Shown in pieces: positions 26,241 through 36,834 of a stretch of DNA of 64,000 nt. Under the pieces are notes generated by a model that ran no database searches, had not been told where the DNA came from, and saw nothing but the letters and a program-made list of their open reading frames with translations. Position numbers and translations under genes: made by a program. This stretch comes from Candidatus Daviesbacteria bacterium GW2011_GWA1_41_61 (lineage in GTDB: Bacteria; Patescibacteriota; Microgenomatia; Daviesbacterales; UBA10151). Location of the stretch: assembly GCA_000997385.1 (NCBI GenBank), contig LCBT01000004.1, positions 8,002 to 72,001 on the forward strand. Reading direction: 5' to 3'. Each line of letters begins with the position of its first letter. Within the stretch, counting starts at the first letter, position 1.

Positions 26241-29200
26241 ATGCCTGATAAAAATACTAACACAGCCGGAACCCGGGTTTACTGGGGAAATAGAAAAAAT
26301 ATTGACCAAAAATTTGACCTGACATACCTGCAAAAGGAGTCTTATGAACGGTTTATTAAAGAGGGTATCGGGGAGATTTTGTCTTCTGTCAACCCCGTGG
26401 TTGATTTTACGGGTAAAAACTGGAAATTAGAATTCGGCGATTATTCCTTGGGTAAACCCCGCTACACTTTTGAACAGGCAATTTTAAAAGGCGTGTCTTA
26501 TGAAGCTCCTCTTCGGGTGGAGATTACTTTAACCCACCTCCAGACTAACCAACAATATAAGCAAGAAGTTTTTTTAGGAGACATCCCTCAAATGACTGAA
26601 AAGGGGACGTTTATTATCAATGGTATCGAGAGGGTCGTAGTCAATCAGATTGTCCGTTCTCCGGGTGTGTTTTTCTCTTCTTCCCAAGATCCCATCACCG
26701 GGAGGGTAGTTTATTCGGCTGAACTTCGTCCAGCCCATGGATCATGGTTGGAATTTTCTGTTTCCCGGACCGATGTGATTACTGTCAAAATTGACCGGCG
26801 ACGGAAATTTGCAGCCACCACTTTTTTGCGGGCTATTGGTTATGAAGACGAACAGACACTTAACGGACTTTTTACGGGAGTGGATAACCATGAAGATCAC
26901 CATTATCTTGAAGCAACTTTAGCTAAGGACACCACTAAAAATCAAGAAGAAGCGCTTCTGGAAATCTACCGTAAGATGAGACCCGGTGATCCAGTAGTTT
27001 TGGAAAACGCTAAGAATATGTTAAACAACATGTTTTTCAATGCCCGCCGTTATGATTTAACCCGCGTCGGTAGATTTAAGATCAATAAAAAATTAAAAGT
27101 TGATATTGCTAACAGCTCCGAGAATTGGATTTTGAAAAATGAAGATATCGTAGCCACTATTACCTATCTGATTGGCTTGCAAAATGGCAAAGGGAAGGTG
27201 GACGATATTGATCATTTAGCCAACAGACGTGTCAGGCGGGTGGGAGAGTTGGTAGCCCAAAACGCTTTTTGGGTGGGGATGTTGAGGCTGGAGAGAGTCA
27301 TTAAAGAAAGGATGAGCCTGCTTTCCTCCGAAGAAGAGATTAACCCCGGAGGACTGGTCAATGCCCGGCCGATTATCGCCGCGGTAAATGAGTTTTTCCG
27401 GTCTTCGCAACTTTCCCAAATTTTGGATCAAACCAACCCGCTTTCCGAAACCGACCATTTAAGAAGGATTACTGTTACCGGGCAGGGTGGTATTACCAGG
27501 GAAAGAGCCTCTTTTTCGATCCGGGATATTAATCACTCTCAATACGGCCGGATTGATCCTATTAGATCTCCGGAAGGACCCAATATTGGTTTAGTGACTT
27601 ATTTGGCTCTCTATTCGTGGATTAACGAGTATGGGTTTTTAGAGACTCCCTATTATAAAGTAGTCTTAGTTGGGGGTAAGCCCAAGATTACCGATGAGGT
27701 TGTCTATATGTCCGCTGATGATGAAGAGGATTATTACATTACTGAAGCGACAGTTGAAGTTGACCAAAAGGGTTTTATCACTCAAACCAGAGTCCCGGTG
27801 CGTTACAATGGGAGTTTCTTTGAGGTTGATTCTAAGGTAATTAACTTTATTGATGTTTCACCTCAACAGATTACCGGAATTTCGGCGTCCTTAATTCCTT
27901 TCTTAGCTCATGATGATGCCAACCGGGCTTTAATGGGCAGTACCATGCAGAATCAGGCTGTGCCGTTGCTCCTTCCTGCGGCGCCGATTGTCGGCACAGG
28001 GATGGAAAAAGTGGTGGCGGAGAATATGGGACGTGTAGTGCGGGCTCCCTTTGACGGGGTAGTGACTGCGGTGGATGCCACAGTCGTGACTGTCGAGGGC
28101 AAAGAGGGAAAGAAAAGCTGGGAAATTAAAAAATTTGTTAATACTTCCGACAATACTAGCTATAGCCAACGACCGGTAGTAGCTTTGGGGCAAAAGATTA
28201 AAGTAGGAGATCTGTTAATTGATGGCACTGCTACTGATAATGGTGAGTTAGCCTTAGGCCAAAACTTACTAATTGCCTATATGAACTATGAAGGTTTAGG
28301 TTATGAAGATGCCATTGTTATTTCTAATCGGTTGGTGCGGGAGGATGTGCTCTCTTCAGTCTATATTGAAGAGTATGTTACTGATGTTGTCGAAACTAAA
28401 CTGGGACCAGATGAGTTAACCCGGGATATCCCTAATGTAGCTGAAGAAAATCTGGCTAATTTAGACGAAGGCGGTATTGTCCGTATTGGAGCTAAAGTCG
28501 GGCCGAATGATATTTTAGTCGGTAAAGTCCAGCCTAAGGGAGAGACTGAGCTCAGCGCTGAGGAAAGATTGCTTAGAGCTATTTTTGGCGAAAAAGCCAA
28601 AGAGGTCCGTGACACTTCCCTGCGGATGCCACACGGCGAACGGGGTACAGTTATTGGCATTCAAATTCTTTCCCGTGAGGAGGGAGATGAGTTGGATGCT
28701 GGGACAATCAAGAGAATCAAGGTTAAGGTGGCTCAGTTGAGAAAGATCTCCGTGGGGGATAAATTAGCTGGACGGCATGGGAATAAAGGAGTAATTTCTA
28801 AGATTGTGTCGGAGGTGGATATGCCCCATCTGGAAGATGGAACGCCGGTAGATATTGTTATCTCCCCCGTGACCATCCTTTCCCGTATGAATTTAGGACA
28901 GTTACTTGAGGCTCATTTGGGGTTGGCCGCTGAGAAGTTAGGCATTAAGGTAGCTGCGCCGGTATTTGAAAAGATCCCCGAGAATATCATTGTCGAGCAG
29001 CTTAAGAAAGCTGGACTTCCAGAAAATGGTAAGATGAAACTGATTGATGGAAGATCTGGAGAGTACTTTGATCAAGATATTGTAGTGGGGAAAGCTTATC
29101 TTCTAAAGCTGCACCATATGGTGGAGGATAAACAGCATGCCCGTTCTACAGGACCATATTCTATGGTTACTCAGCAACCATTAGGCGGGAAAGCCCAAAT

Positions 29201-29573
29201 GGGAGGACAGAGATTGGGAGAGATGGAGGTTTGGGCCCTGGAGGCTTATGGCGCCGCCCATATTTTACAGGAGATGTTGACTATTAAATCTGATGATGTG
29301 GTGGGCCGGACTAAAGCTTATCAGGCTATCATTCAAGGTGAGGATATCCCCCAAGCTTTAGTCCCAGAATCTTTTAAAGTGTTGGTAAAGGAACTGCAGT
29401 CTTTGGGAGTTAGTGTGGAAACAATCAACCCCACCATAGCAGCTGTAGTAGCAGAGGAGATTAAACCAGAGATAGCTTCCGAGATGGGGGCAGCAACTAT
29501 AGTCCAACCAGAAGAGCTGGGAGAAGGTTCGGGGATTGAAGTTGAAGAGATAGAAAACCTTGAAGCAGAATAG
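26241..29573 (+). CDS. rpoB: RNA polymerase beta subunit
   Basis: GTFIINGIERV, SPEGPNIGL, GDKLAGRHGNKG, GGQRLGEMEVWALEAYG. Confidence 0.98.
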   Translation: MPDKNTNTAGTRVYWGNRKNIDQKFDLTYLQKESYERFIKEGIGEILSSVNPVVDFTGKNWKLEFGDYSLGKPRYTFEQAILKGVSYEAPLRVEITLTHLQTNQQYKQEVFLGDIPQMTEKGTFIINGIERVVVNQIVRSPGVFFSSSQDPITGRVVYSAELRPAHGSWLEFSVSRTDVITVKIDRRRKFAATTFLRAIGYEDEQTLNGLFTGVDNHEDHHYLEATLAKDTTKNQEEALLEIYRKMRPGDPVVLENAKNMLNNMFFNARRYDLTRVGRFKINKKLKVDIANSSENWILKNEDIVATITYLIGLQNGKGKVDDIDHLANRRVRRVGELVAQNAFWVGMLRLERVIKERMSLLSSEEEINPGGLVNARPIIAAVNEFFRSSQLSQILDQTNPLSETDHLRRITVTGQGGITRERASFSIRDINHSQYGRIDPIRSPEGPNIGLVTYLALYSWINEYGFLETPYYKVVLVGGKPKITDEVVYMSADDEEDYYITEATVEVDQKGFITQTRVPVRYNGSFFEVDSKVINFIDVSPQQITGISASLIPFLAHDDANRALMGSTMQNQAVPLLLPAAPIVGTGMEKVVAENMGRVVRAPFDGVVTAVDATVVTVEGKEGKKSWEIKKFVNTSDNTSYSQRPVVALGQKIKVGDLLIDGTATDNGELALGQNLLIAYMNYEGLGYEDAIVISNRLVREDVLSSVYIEEYVTDVVETKLGPDELTRDIPNVAEENLANLDEGGIVRIGAKVGPNDILVGKVQPKGETELSAEERLLRAIFGEKAKEVRDTSLRMPHGERGTVIGIQILSREEGDELDAGTIKRIKVKVAQLRKISVGDKLAGRHGNKGVISKIVSEVDMPHLEDGTPVDIVISPVTILSRMNLGQLLEAHLGLAAEKLGIKVAAPVFEKIPENIIVEQLKKAGLPENGKMKLIDGRSGEYFDQDIVVGKAYLLKLHHMVEDKQHARSTGPYSMVTQQPLGGKAQMGGQRLGEMEVWALEAYGAAHILQEMLTIKSDDVVGRTKAYQAIIQGEDIPQALVPESFKVLVKELQSLGVSVETINPTIAAVVAEEIKPEIASEMGAATIVQPEELGEGSGIEVEEIENLEAE

Positions 29574-29657
29574 AAACAAGAAGCTGAGAAGGAAGCAGAA
29601 GGTGCAGGCCTTCTTAAATCAGCCTAGATATGATAGATTTACAGCTGTCCATTTGCT

Positions 29658-32600
29658 ATGAATGATTTATTAGATTTTGAATCTTTAAAAGTTACTATTG
29701 CTAGTCCAGGACAGGTTAAAGCCTGGTCTTTTGGGGAGGTTACTAAGCCGGAAACCATTAACTACCGGACCTTAAAACCGGAAAAAGACGGTCTTTTTGC
29801 TGAAAATATCTTTGGCCCAACCAAAGATTATGAATGTTACTGCGGCAAATACAAACGGATTCGTTACCGTGGTGTAATTTGTGACAAATGCGGTGTTGAG
29901 GTTACCCAAAGCAAGGTCAGACGTGAAAGGTTGGGCCATATCACCTTAGCTGCTCCGGTGGCTCACAATTGGTTTGTCAAAGGGGCTCCTTCCAAACTTT
30001 CCTTAGTTTTGGACTTGTCCTTAAAGAGTCTGGAAGCGGTGATCTATTTTGCTTCTTATTTGGTGATCGAGGTTGATGATCAGGGGAGAACTCAATCTTT
30101 AAGCAAACTAGAAGCAGATTTAGAGGCTAAGAAAAAGCAGGCTTCGGATAATATCGACAAAGGCATCGCGGCTTTGCAATCTGACTTGCGTCGGCAGTTG
30201 GTCGAACTTAAAGGTAAGGGGAGCGAAAATCAGGAGATAGCAGCTGCTGATTTGGAGCTTAAAAGCAAGCAGGAAATTCAAAAGCTACGGGATAACCTGG
30301 CGGTGGAACACAGTCAGCTGGAGCAGATCTTTAAGGCGGTATCTGATCTGACAAAGAGTATTAGTTTCCTCCGGGTTCTCTCCGAAGATGAGTATTTAAA
30401 GCTGGAAGAGTATGGGGTGGCTGATTTTCTCAAGGTTGGTATGGGGGCGGAGGGTTTATTGGAAGTTTTGAAGAAAATTGATCTTAATAAGCTCTCGGCT
30501 GAACTTCGGGAAGAGGTGAGAAAGACTTCAGGACAGCGTCATATCAAAGCCACTAAAAGGTTGCGGGTTATTGAAGGGATGAGGATTGCCAGTATCTCCC
30601 CGGAATGGATGATCATGCAAATTTTGCCGGTTATTCCGCCAGATCTTAGGCCGATGGTTCAACTTCCAGGAGGCCGTTTTGCTACTTCGGACTTAAATGA
30701 CTTGTACCGGCGGGTGATTAACCGTAATAATCGCTTAAAAAGGCTTATTGATTTAGGAGCTCCGGAGATTATTTTGCGTAATGAAAAACGGATGCTTCAG
30801 GAAGCCGTGGACGCTTTGATTGATTCTAATCTCAAAACTACCCGGCGTGGAGCAGGTGGCGGTCATGTTCTGCGCTCTTTGTCCGACATGCTGCGTGGTA
30901 AGCAGGGAAGGTTCAGACAAAACCTGTTGGGTAAACGGGTAGACTATTCGGGCCGGTCAGTTATTGTGGTTGGGCCTCAGTTGAAACTTAATCAAGTGGG
31001 GTTGCCCAAAGAGATGGCTTTGGAGATGTTTAAGCCTTTTGTGTTGCGGGAAGTGATTGCCCGGGGGTTGGCGGCCAATATCAAAGGAGCTAAAAATGTT
31101 TTGGAGATACGATCTTCTGAAGTCTGGGATATTTTGGAAGAGGTTATCTTCGGTCATCCGGTGTTGATCAACCGGGCTCCGACACTGCACCGTTTGGGGA
31201 TTCAGGCTTTCTTCCCAGTGTTAATTGATGGCAGTGCTATCCAAATCCATCCTAGTATCTGTGCCGGATTTGGAGCAGACTTTGATGGGGATCAGATGGC
31301 AGTCCATGTTCCCTTAAGTAAAAAATCCCAGGAAGAGGCAGTCCGTTTAATGATGGCTAAGGAAAATATCTTAAAACCAGCTTCCGGACAGCCGGTGATC
31401 GGCCATAATCGGGAGATGGCTTTAGGGATTTACTATGCCACTTCTGTTGATGAAACCATTATGCCTATTGAAGATCGGGTTTTTATTCCCGATGAAGCGG
31501 TATTAGCTTTCCAGATCGGTAAGATTAAGCTCAGGCAGCAGATTAAAGTTCATCTTAAGGGAGAAGTAACCGAGACAGTGGTGGGAAGAATTTTATTAAA
31601 CCGTCTTTTGCCGGAAAGCATGCGTTTTATTAATAAAACTATTGGTGCCAAAGAAGCGCAATCTATTGTTATGGACGCTTTTAATAAATTAGAACGGGAG
31701 GAAGCAGCTAAATTAATTGATGATCTGAAAGATTTCGGGTTTTGGGGGGTAACTATCTCCGGAGTCTCAGTGGCAGTTTTTGACAACACCATCATTAAGG
31801 AGAAGGATAAAATGATCAAAGACGGCGATAAAGAGGTGGCTGAGATTGAATCTAACTTTAAAAAGGGACTGATTACTAATGAAGAGAGAAAAATTTTAAC
31901 TGAAGAGGTTTGGACTAGAATTGGTGATGAGATCGCCCGCAAGACCTTAGGTTCGCTTGATGCTAATAATCCAGTCAGTGTTATTATGAAATCCGGGGGA
32001 GCCAGAGCTACTACAGAACAGATCAAACAACTTTCCGGTATGCGGGGTTTTTCGGTGGATCCAACTGGAAAGATTGTGGAGTTACCTACCAAATCTAACT
32101 ACCGGCAGGGATTTGCTGTTTTTGAGTATTTCACTTCTTGCCGAGGAGCCAGAAAAGGTGTAGCTGATAAAGCCCTAAAGACTGCTGATGCCGGGTATTT
32201 AACCAGAAGGTTAGTTGATGTGGCGCATGAGGCGATTATCCGAGCTGAAGGGTGTAGTGACAAAGAAGGGGTTAGTCTGCCAGTTCCTACCTCTCTACCA
32301 GCTGTCCTCTCCCGTTTTGTCGGCCGAAAGCTGTCGGCTAAAGTAGTTGACCCCAAAAGCAAAAAAGTCTTGGCTTCAGAAGGCGAGTTTGTTGATGAAG
32401 AAATTTTAAAAAATATTGTTGAGGCAAGAATAGAAAACATCTCTATTTTTTCATCTTTGACCTGTAAGACTAAATTCGGCCTTTGTGCTAAATGTTATGG
32501 TTGGGATTTAACTACTAGGAAAGTTGTTCAGATAGGGGTGCCGGTGGGGGTGGTAGCAGCTCAAAGCATCGGTGAACCCGGGACACAGCTCACGATGAGA

Positions 32601-33338
32601 ACTTTCCATACCGGAGGAGTTGTCGGTGTTGATATTACCATGGGTTTGCCTCGGGTAGAAGAGCTTTTTGAAGCTAGAACCCCCAAGAGTGTCTCCCCAC
32701 TTTCCGAGATTTCCGGCAAAGTTTCCGTCATTGAAGGAGATATGGGTACTAAGATCCGTATTAGAACTACAATTAAACCTTATGAAGAGCGAGAGTATGC
32801 CATTTCGGCTACGGCCACTGTTTTAGTAGAGGATGGACAGTTGATAGCTGCCGGAACACAACTGGCCAGTGGCCACCTTGATATTAAAGAGGTGGTGAGG
32901 GTTAATGGCCTTAAAGCGGCTCAAAGATATATTGTTGACCAAGCTCGGGAGGTATATGCTTCTCAGGGTGTACAAATTAACGATAAACACTTTGAAGTTA
33001 TTGTCCGCAAGATGTCGGATAAGGTTAGAGTAGAGACTCAAGGGGATACTAATTTACTGCCGGGGGAGATTATTGACCGGGTAAGATTTGAAGAAGAAAA
33101 CCAGCGGGTTTTAGCAGCGGGAGGAGATCCGGCTACGGCCTCAGCTATTATTCTGGGTATAACCCGGGCCTCGCTGCTGACGGAATCGTTCCTTTCCGCA
33201 GCTTCGTTCCAAGAAACAACCACTGTTTTGGCTGATGCTGCAGCCTCAGGTAAGGTTGACCGCTTGCTGGGACTTAAGGAAAACGTTATAATTGGACGTT
33301 TGATTCCGACTGATCCTAGCAGGGTCAAAGTGAGATAA
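29658..33338 (+). CDS. rpoC: RNA polymerase beta' subunit
   Basis: Zn ribbon [40 protein letters not shown]; N-terminal coiled-coil insertion. Confidence 0.98.
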   Translation: MNDLLDFESLKVTIASPGQVKAWSFGEVTKPETINYRTLKPEKDGLFAENIFGPTKDYECYCGKYKRIRYRGVICDKCGVEVTQSKVRRERLGHITLAAPVAHNWFVKGAPSKLSLVLDLSLKSLEAVIYFASYLVIEVDDQGRTQSLSKLEADLEAKKKQASDNIDKGIAALQSDLRRQLVELKGKGSENQEIAAADLELKSKQEIQKLRDNLAVEHSQLEQIFKAVSDLTKSISFLRVLSEDEYLKLEEYGVADFLKVGMGAEGLLEVLKKIDLNKLSAELREEVRKTSGQRHIKATKRLRVIEGMRIASISPEWMIMQILPVIPPDLRPMVQLPGGRFATSDLNDLYRRVINRNNRLKRLIDLGAPEIILRNEKRMLQEAVDALIDSNLKTTRRGAGGGHVLRSLSDMLRGKQGRFRQNLLGKRVDYSGRSVIVVGPQLKLNQVGLPKEMALEMFKPFVLREVIARGLAANIKGAKNVLEIRSSEVWDILEEVIFGHPVLINRAPTLHRLGIQAFFPVLIDGSAIQIHPSICAGFGADFDGDQMAVHVPLSKKSQEEAVRLMMAKENILKPASGQPVIGHNREMALGIYYATSVDETIMPIEDRVFIPDEAVLAFQIGKIKLRQQIKVHLKGEVTETVVGRILLNRLLPESMRFINKTIGAKEAQSIVMDAFNKLEREEAAKLIDDLKDFGFWGVTISGVSVAVFDNTIIKEKDKMIKDGDKEVAEIESNFKKGLITNEERKILTEEVWTRIGDEIARKTLGSLDANNPVSVIMKSGGARATTEQIKQLSGMRGFSVDPTGKIVELPTKSNYRQGFAVFEYFTSCRGARKGVADKALKTADAGYLTRRLVDVAHEAIIRAEGCSDKEGVSLPVPTSLPAVLSRFVGRKLSAKVVDPKSKKVLASEGEFVDEEILKNIVEARIENISIFSSLTCKTKFGLCAKCYGWDLTTRKVVQIGVPVGVVAAQSIGEPGTQLTMRTFHTGGVVGVDITMGLPRVEELFEARTPKSVSPLSEISGKVSVIEGDMGTKIRIRTTIKPYEEREYAISATATVLVEDGQLIAAGTQLASGHLDIKEVVRVNGLKAAQRYIVDQAREVYASQGVQINDKHFEVIVRKMSDKVRVETQGDTNLLPGEIIDRVRFEEENQRVLAAGGDPATASAIILGITRASLLTESFLSAASFQETTTVLADAAASGKVDRLLGLKENVIIGRLIPTDPSRVKVR

Positions 33339-33411
33339 ATATAATAAGCCTTTTGTAATAGCCTGAATCTCGTTTTTTGGGTAGTTGCAGTAAAAAGTCC
33401 AAATAAAATAT

Positions 33412-33837
33412 ATGCCAACGATAAATCAATTAGTCAGAAAAGGGCGGCGGGAAGCCCGCAAAAAGGTTAAAGCTAGTGCTCTGCGGCGCAGCTTTAATGC
33501 TTTGGACAGAAAATATATACCAACTTTTAATCCTCAAAAAAGGGGAGTGGTGACGGTGGTCAAAACTATGACCCCTAAAAAGCCTAACTCCGCTCTTCGT
33601 AAAGTAGCTAGGGTGAGGTTGTCCAATAAAACAGAGGTAACAGCTTATATTCAAGGCATTGGGCATGATCTGTCGGAGCACGGGATTGTTTTAATAAGAG
33701 GCGGTAGGGTTAAAGATTTGCCAGGGGTTAAATATCATATCGTCCGTGGGAGGCTGGATATGAGCGGGGTGCAAAAACGGATGACCAGTAGATCTAAATA
33801 TGGATCAAAGAGAATGTCAGGAGGAACAAAAGTTTAA
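33412..33837 (+). CDS. rpsL: 30S ribosomal protein S12
   Basis: [26 protein letters not shown]. Confidence 0.98.
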   Translation: MPTINQLVRKGRREARKKVKASALRRSFNALDRKYIPTFNPQKRGVVTVVKTMTPKKPNSALRKVARVRLSNKTEVTAYIQGIGHDLSEHGIVLIRGGRVKDLPGVKYHIVRGRLDMSGVQKRMTSRSKYGSKRMSGGTKV

Positions 33838-33843
33838 ATAACC

Positions 33844-34326
33844 ATGCCTAGATCAGGAAAAATTACCAAGAGAGTTGTTTTGCCAGATCCAGTTTATAAC
33901 TCTCGTCTTTTAAGCAGGTTTATCAACCGGATGATGTTTTCCGGTAAAAAAACAGTGGCTCAAAACTTGGTCTATCAAGCCCTGGAAGAGATTGAAAAAA
34001 CTGCTGGCAAAAATCCCCTGACTGTCTTTGAGGCAGCGATCTCGAATGTTATGCCCAGGATGGAAGTACGGCCAAGAAGGATTGGCGGAGCTTCTTATCA
34101 AATCCCGGTTGAGGTAAGAGGAGACCGCAAGGAGGCTTTAGCGGTTCGCTGGATAATTGAGGCTGCCAGAAACCGTTCTAATAAAGAATACCACACCTTT
34201 GATAAAAAGTTGGCTGCTGAATTTTTAGATGCCTCTGAAGGCAAGGGCGCAGCTATTAAGAAGAAAGAAGATACCCTACGGGTAGCAGAAGCCAACCGGG
34301 CTTTCAGCCATTTCAAATGGCAGTAA
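33844..34326 (+). CDS. rpsG: 30S ribosomal protein S7
   Basis: PDPVY, RRIGGASYQIPVEV, AEANRAF. Confidence 0.98.
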   Translation: MPRSGKITKRVVLPDPVYNSRLLSRFINRMMFSGKKTVAQNLVYQALEEIEKTAGKNPLTVFEAAISNVMPRMEVRPRRIGGASYQIPVEVRGDRKEALAVRWIIEAARNRSNKEYHTFDKKLAAEFLDASEGKGAAIKKKEDTLRVAEANRAFSHFKWQ

Positions 34327-34342
34327 ATTTTTCCTAAAGTAT

Positions 34343-34430
34343 TTGACTTTCTATTCAAACTTGGGTAATATTACCCTGTAAGACAGCTTAAAAAGCTGGT
34401 GGTAGAGCCTCCTAAAAGAGGAGGCTTTTT
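34343..34430 (+). promoter_or_regulatory. internal promoter, palindrome and leader terminator before gre-like gene and fusA
   Basis: TTGACT(34343)-17-TAATAT(34366); GGGTAATATTACCC palindrome 34363-76; AGCCTCCT/AGGAGGCT stem plus T-run 34406-30. Confidence 0.7.
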
Positions 34431-34454
34431 AAATGTTTAAGGAGGAATAATTGA

Positions 34455-34688
34455 ATGGATAAATTAAGTTTGGAAAAGATTAATATGTGGAAGGGAAAAC
34501 TGCAAAAACTCCAAAAAGAGTACGAGGAGATTATGCAAAAAAGAGGTGAAGCCATGCAGATGGGAGATCTGAGAGAGAATGCTGCTTTCCAATCTTTATC
34601 TGAAGATGCTGATACCTGGCGGGCCAGAATGGAAGAGCTAAAAAATATTATTACCAAACTGGAACATGAAAACCCGGGAGCCAAATAA
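34455..34688 (+). CDS. stand-alone GreA/GreB N-terminal coiled-coil protein
   Basis: [14 protein letters not shown] matches the Gre GDLxENAxY tip; 77 aa, no C-terminal domain; SD AAGGAGG; TAATG overlap with fusA. Confidence 0.8.
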   Translation: MDKLSLEKINMWKGKLQKLQKEYEEIMQKRGEAMQMGDLRENAAFQSLSEDADTWRARMEELKNIITKLEHENPGAK

Positions 34689-36829
34689 TGGCTGTAGCAA
34701 CTCAAACCAAAAGGGATTTTCCCTTAGATAGAATTAGAAATATCGGCATCATCGCCCATATTGATGCTGGAAAAACTACCACCACCGAAAGAATCCTTTT
34801 TTATACCGGTAGAACTTATAAAATCGGCGATATTGATGAGGGTACTACCACTACTGACTGGATGGAGCAGGAAAAAGAGAGGGGAATCACCATTGTTTCC
34901 GCTGCCATTACTACTTTTTGGATCCCTAAATCTGGGCCTTTTGAGGGTCAGGAAACCAGAATTAATATTATCGATACTCCGGGGCACGTTGACTTTACTG
35001 CTGAGGTAGAAAGGTCACTGCGGGTTTTAGACGGGGGAGTAATTGTGCTGGATGCAGCTTCCGGTGTTCAATCCCAAACTGAAACTGTCTGGAGACAGGC
35101 TAACAAATATAAAGTCCCTTTAGTGGCTTTTGCCAACAAGATGGATGTGGTGGGGGCAGATTTTTTAGCTACCATCCAATCAGCCAGAGATAGGTTAGGA
35201 GCCAATGCCTTGCCTTATAATCTGCCGATTGGCAGTGAAAATGATTTTAAAGGGGTGGTTGATCTTTTAACTAAAAAAGCCTATATCTGGGAGGGTGATC
35301 AAACTGGAGCCAAGTTTAATGAAGCAGAGATTCCTGCCCGGATGGTTGATCTGGTTGCTACCTGGCGGGATAAGTTGGTGGAAGAGATCTCCGGGACTGA
35401 TGATGTCTTGATGGAAAAGTATTTGAATGGGGAAGAGATCAGTGTTGAGGAGCTTAAAAAATCCTTAAGACAAGCGGTCATTGATAATAAAATTGTCCCA
35501 GTAATGGCTGGGTCATCTCTTAGGAATAAAGGTGTCCAGCCGATGCTGGATGCAGCAGTAGAGTTTTTGCCTTCCCCTCAGGATGTTTCGGAAGTGGTAG
35601 GAGAAAATCCCCGTTCCGGTGAACAAGAGATTAGAAAAGCTGACCCTAAATCCCCTTTGTCAGCCTTAGCTTTTAAGATTCAAGTTGATCCCCATGTGGG
35701 GAAGCTAACTTATCTGCGGGTTTATTCGGGGACTATTCAATCTGGTTCTTATCTTTATAACTCCTCCAAAGGCATTAAAGAAAGAGTCGGTCGCTTAATG
35801 TTGATGCATGCCAATGACCGGGAGGAGATTGAGGAAGCTTACGCCGGAGAGATTGTGGCAGCAGTGGGCTTAAAAGAGACTATTACCGGCAACACTTTAT
35901 GTGATGAAAACGCCCCGATTGTTTTAGAGTCCATTACTTTTCCTGATCCGGTGATCTCTTTAGCTATTGAACCTAAAACCAAATCTGACCAGGAAAAATT
36001 AGGCACGGCACTATCAAGGTTATCAGAAGAAGATCCTACCTTCAGAGTCAAAGTCGACCAGGAAACCGGCCAGACCATTATTGCCGGAATGGGAGAGTTA
36101 CAGCTGGAGGTGCTAGTAGATAGGATGAGGCGGGAGTTTAAAGTGGAGGCTAATGTCGGCCAACCTCAAGTAGCTTATAAAGAGACTATCACTCAAACTG
36201 CCAGCGGTGAGGGTAAATACATCCGTCAAACTGGAGGACGGGGTCAATACGGGCATTGTTTTCTAAGAATTGAACCTCTTCCCCGGGGGCAAGGCCGGGA
36301 GTTTGCCTCAGCGATTGTTGGCGGAGCCATACCTCGGGAGTTTATCCCAGCTATTGAAAAGGGGGTTTTAGAAAAAGAAGATACCGGTATTTTGGCAGGT
36401 TATCCTGTCACCGATATTAAGGTGGCAGTTTATGATGGATCTTTCCATGATGTGGATTCTTCAGAGATGGCTTTTAAGATTGCCGGTTCCCTAGGGCTTT
36501 CTGAAGCTGCCAAAAAGGCTGAAATGGTGTTACTTGAGCCTATCATGAAGGTGGAGGTCACCACTCCGGAGGAGTTTTTGGGAGACATGATTGCTGATTT
36601 ATCTTCTAAAAGGGCGCAGATTCAATCTACGGAGATGAGAGGTAATGCCAGGGTAGTACTAGCTTTAGTTCCCTTAGCTGAGATGGGTGGTTATGCTACT
36701 ACTATCAGAAGTATGTCTCAAGGAAGAGCTACTTACTATATGGAAGCAGATCACTATGAGGAAGTTCCCAAAAATATTACCCAAAAGATCGTTGAATCCT
36801 CCGGCTTCACCGGCAGGGTAGAACACTAA
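34688..36829 (+). CDS. fusA: elongation factor G
   Basis: [43 protein letters not shown]. Confidence 0.98.
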   Translation: MAVATQTKRDFPLDRIRNIGIIAHIDAGKTTTTERILFYTGRTYKIGDIDEGTTTTDWMEQEKERGITIVSAAITTFWIPKSGPFEGQETRINIIDTPGHVDFTAEVERSLRVLDGGVIVLDAASGVQSQTETVWRQANKYKVPLVAFANKMDVVGADFLATIQSARDRLGANALPYNLPIGSENDFKGVVDLLTKKAYIWEGDQTGAKFNEAEIPARMVDLVATWRDKLVEEISGTDDVLMEKYLNGEEISVEELKKSLRQAVIDNKIVPVMAGSSLRNKGVQPMLDAAVEFLPSPQDVSEVVGENPRSGEQEIRKADPKSPLSALAFKIQVDPHVGKLTYLRVYSGTIQSGSYLYNSSKGIKERVGRLMLMHANDREEIEEAYAGEIVAAVGLKETITGNTLCDENAPIVLESITFPDPVISLAIEPKTKSDQEKLGTALSRLSEEDPTFRVKVDQETGQTIIAGMGELQLEVLVDRMRREFKVEANVGQPQVAYKETITQTASGEGKYIRQTGGRGQYGHCFLRIEPLPRGQGREFASAIVGGAIPREFIPAIEKGVLEKEDTGILAGYPVTDIKVAVYDGSFHDVDSSEMAFKIAGSLGLSEAAKKAEMVLLEPIMKVEVTTPEEFLGDMIADLSSKRAQIQSTEMRGNARVVLALVPLAEMGGYATTIRSMSQGRATYYMEADHYEEVPKNITQKIVESSGFTGRVEH
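36800..36829 (+). repeat. direct repeat copy 1 (fusA 3' end; attL-like)
   Basis: TCCGGCTTCACCGGCAGGGTAGAACACTAA. Confidence 0.9.
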
Positions 36830-36834
36830 AAAAG

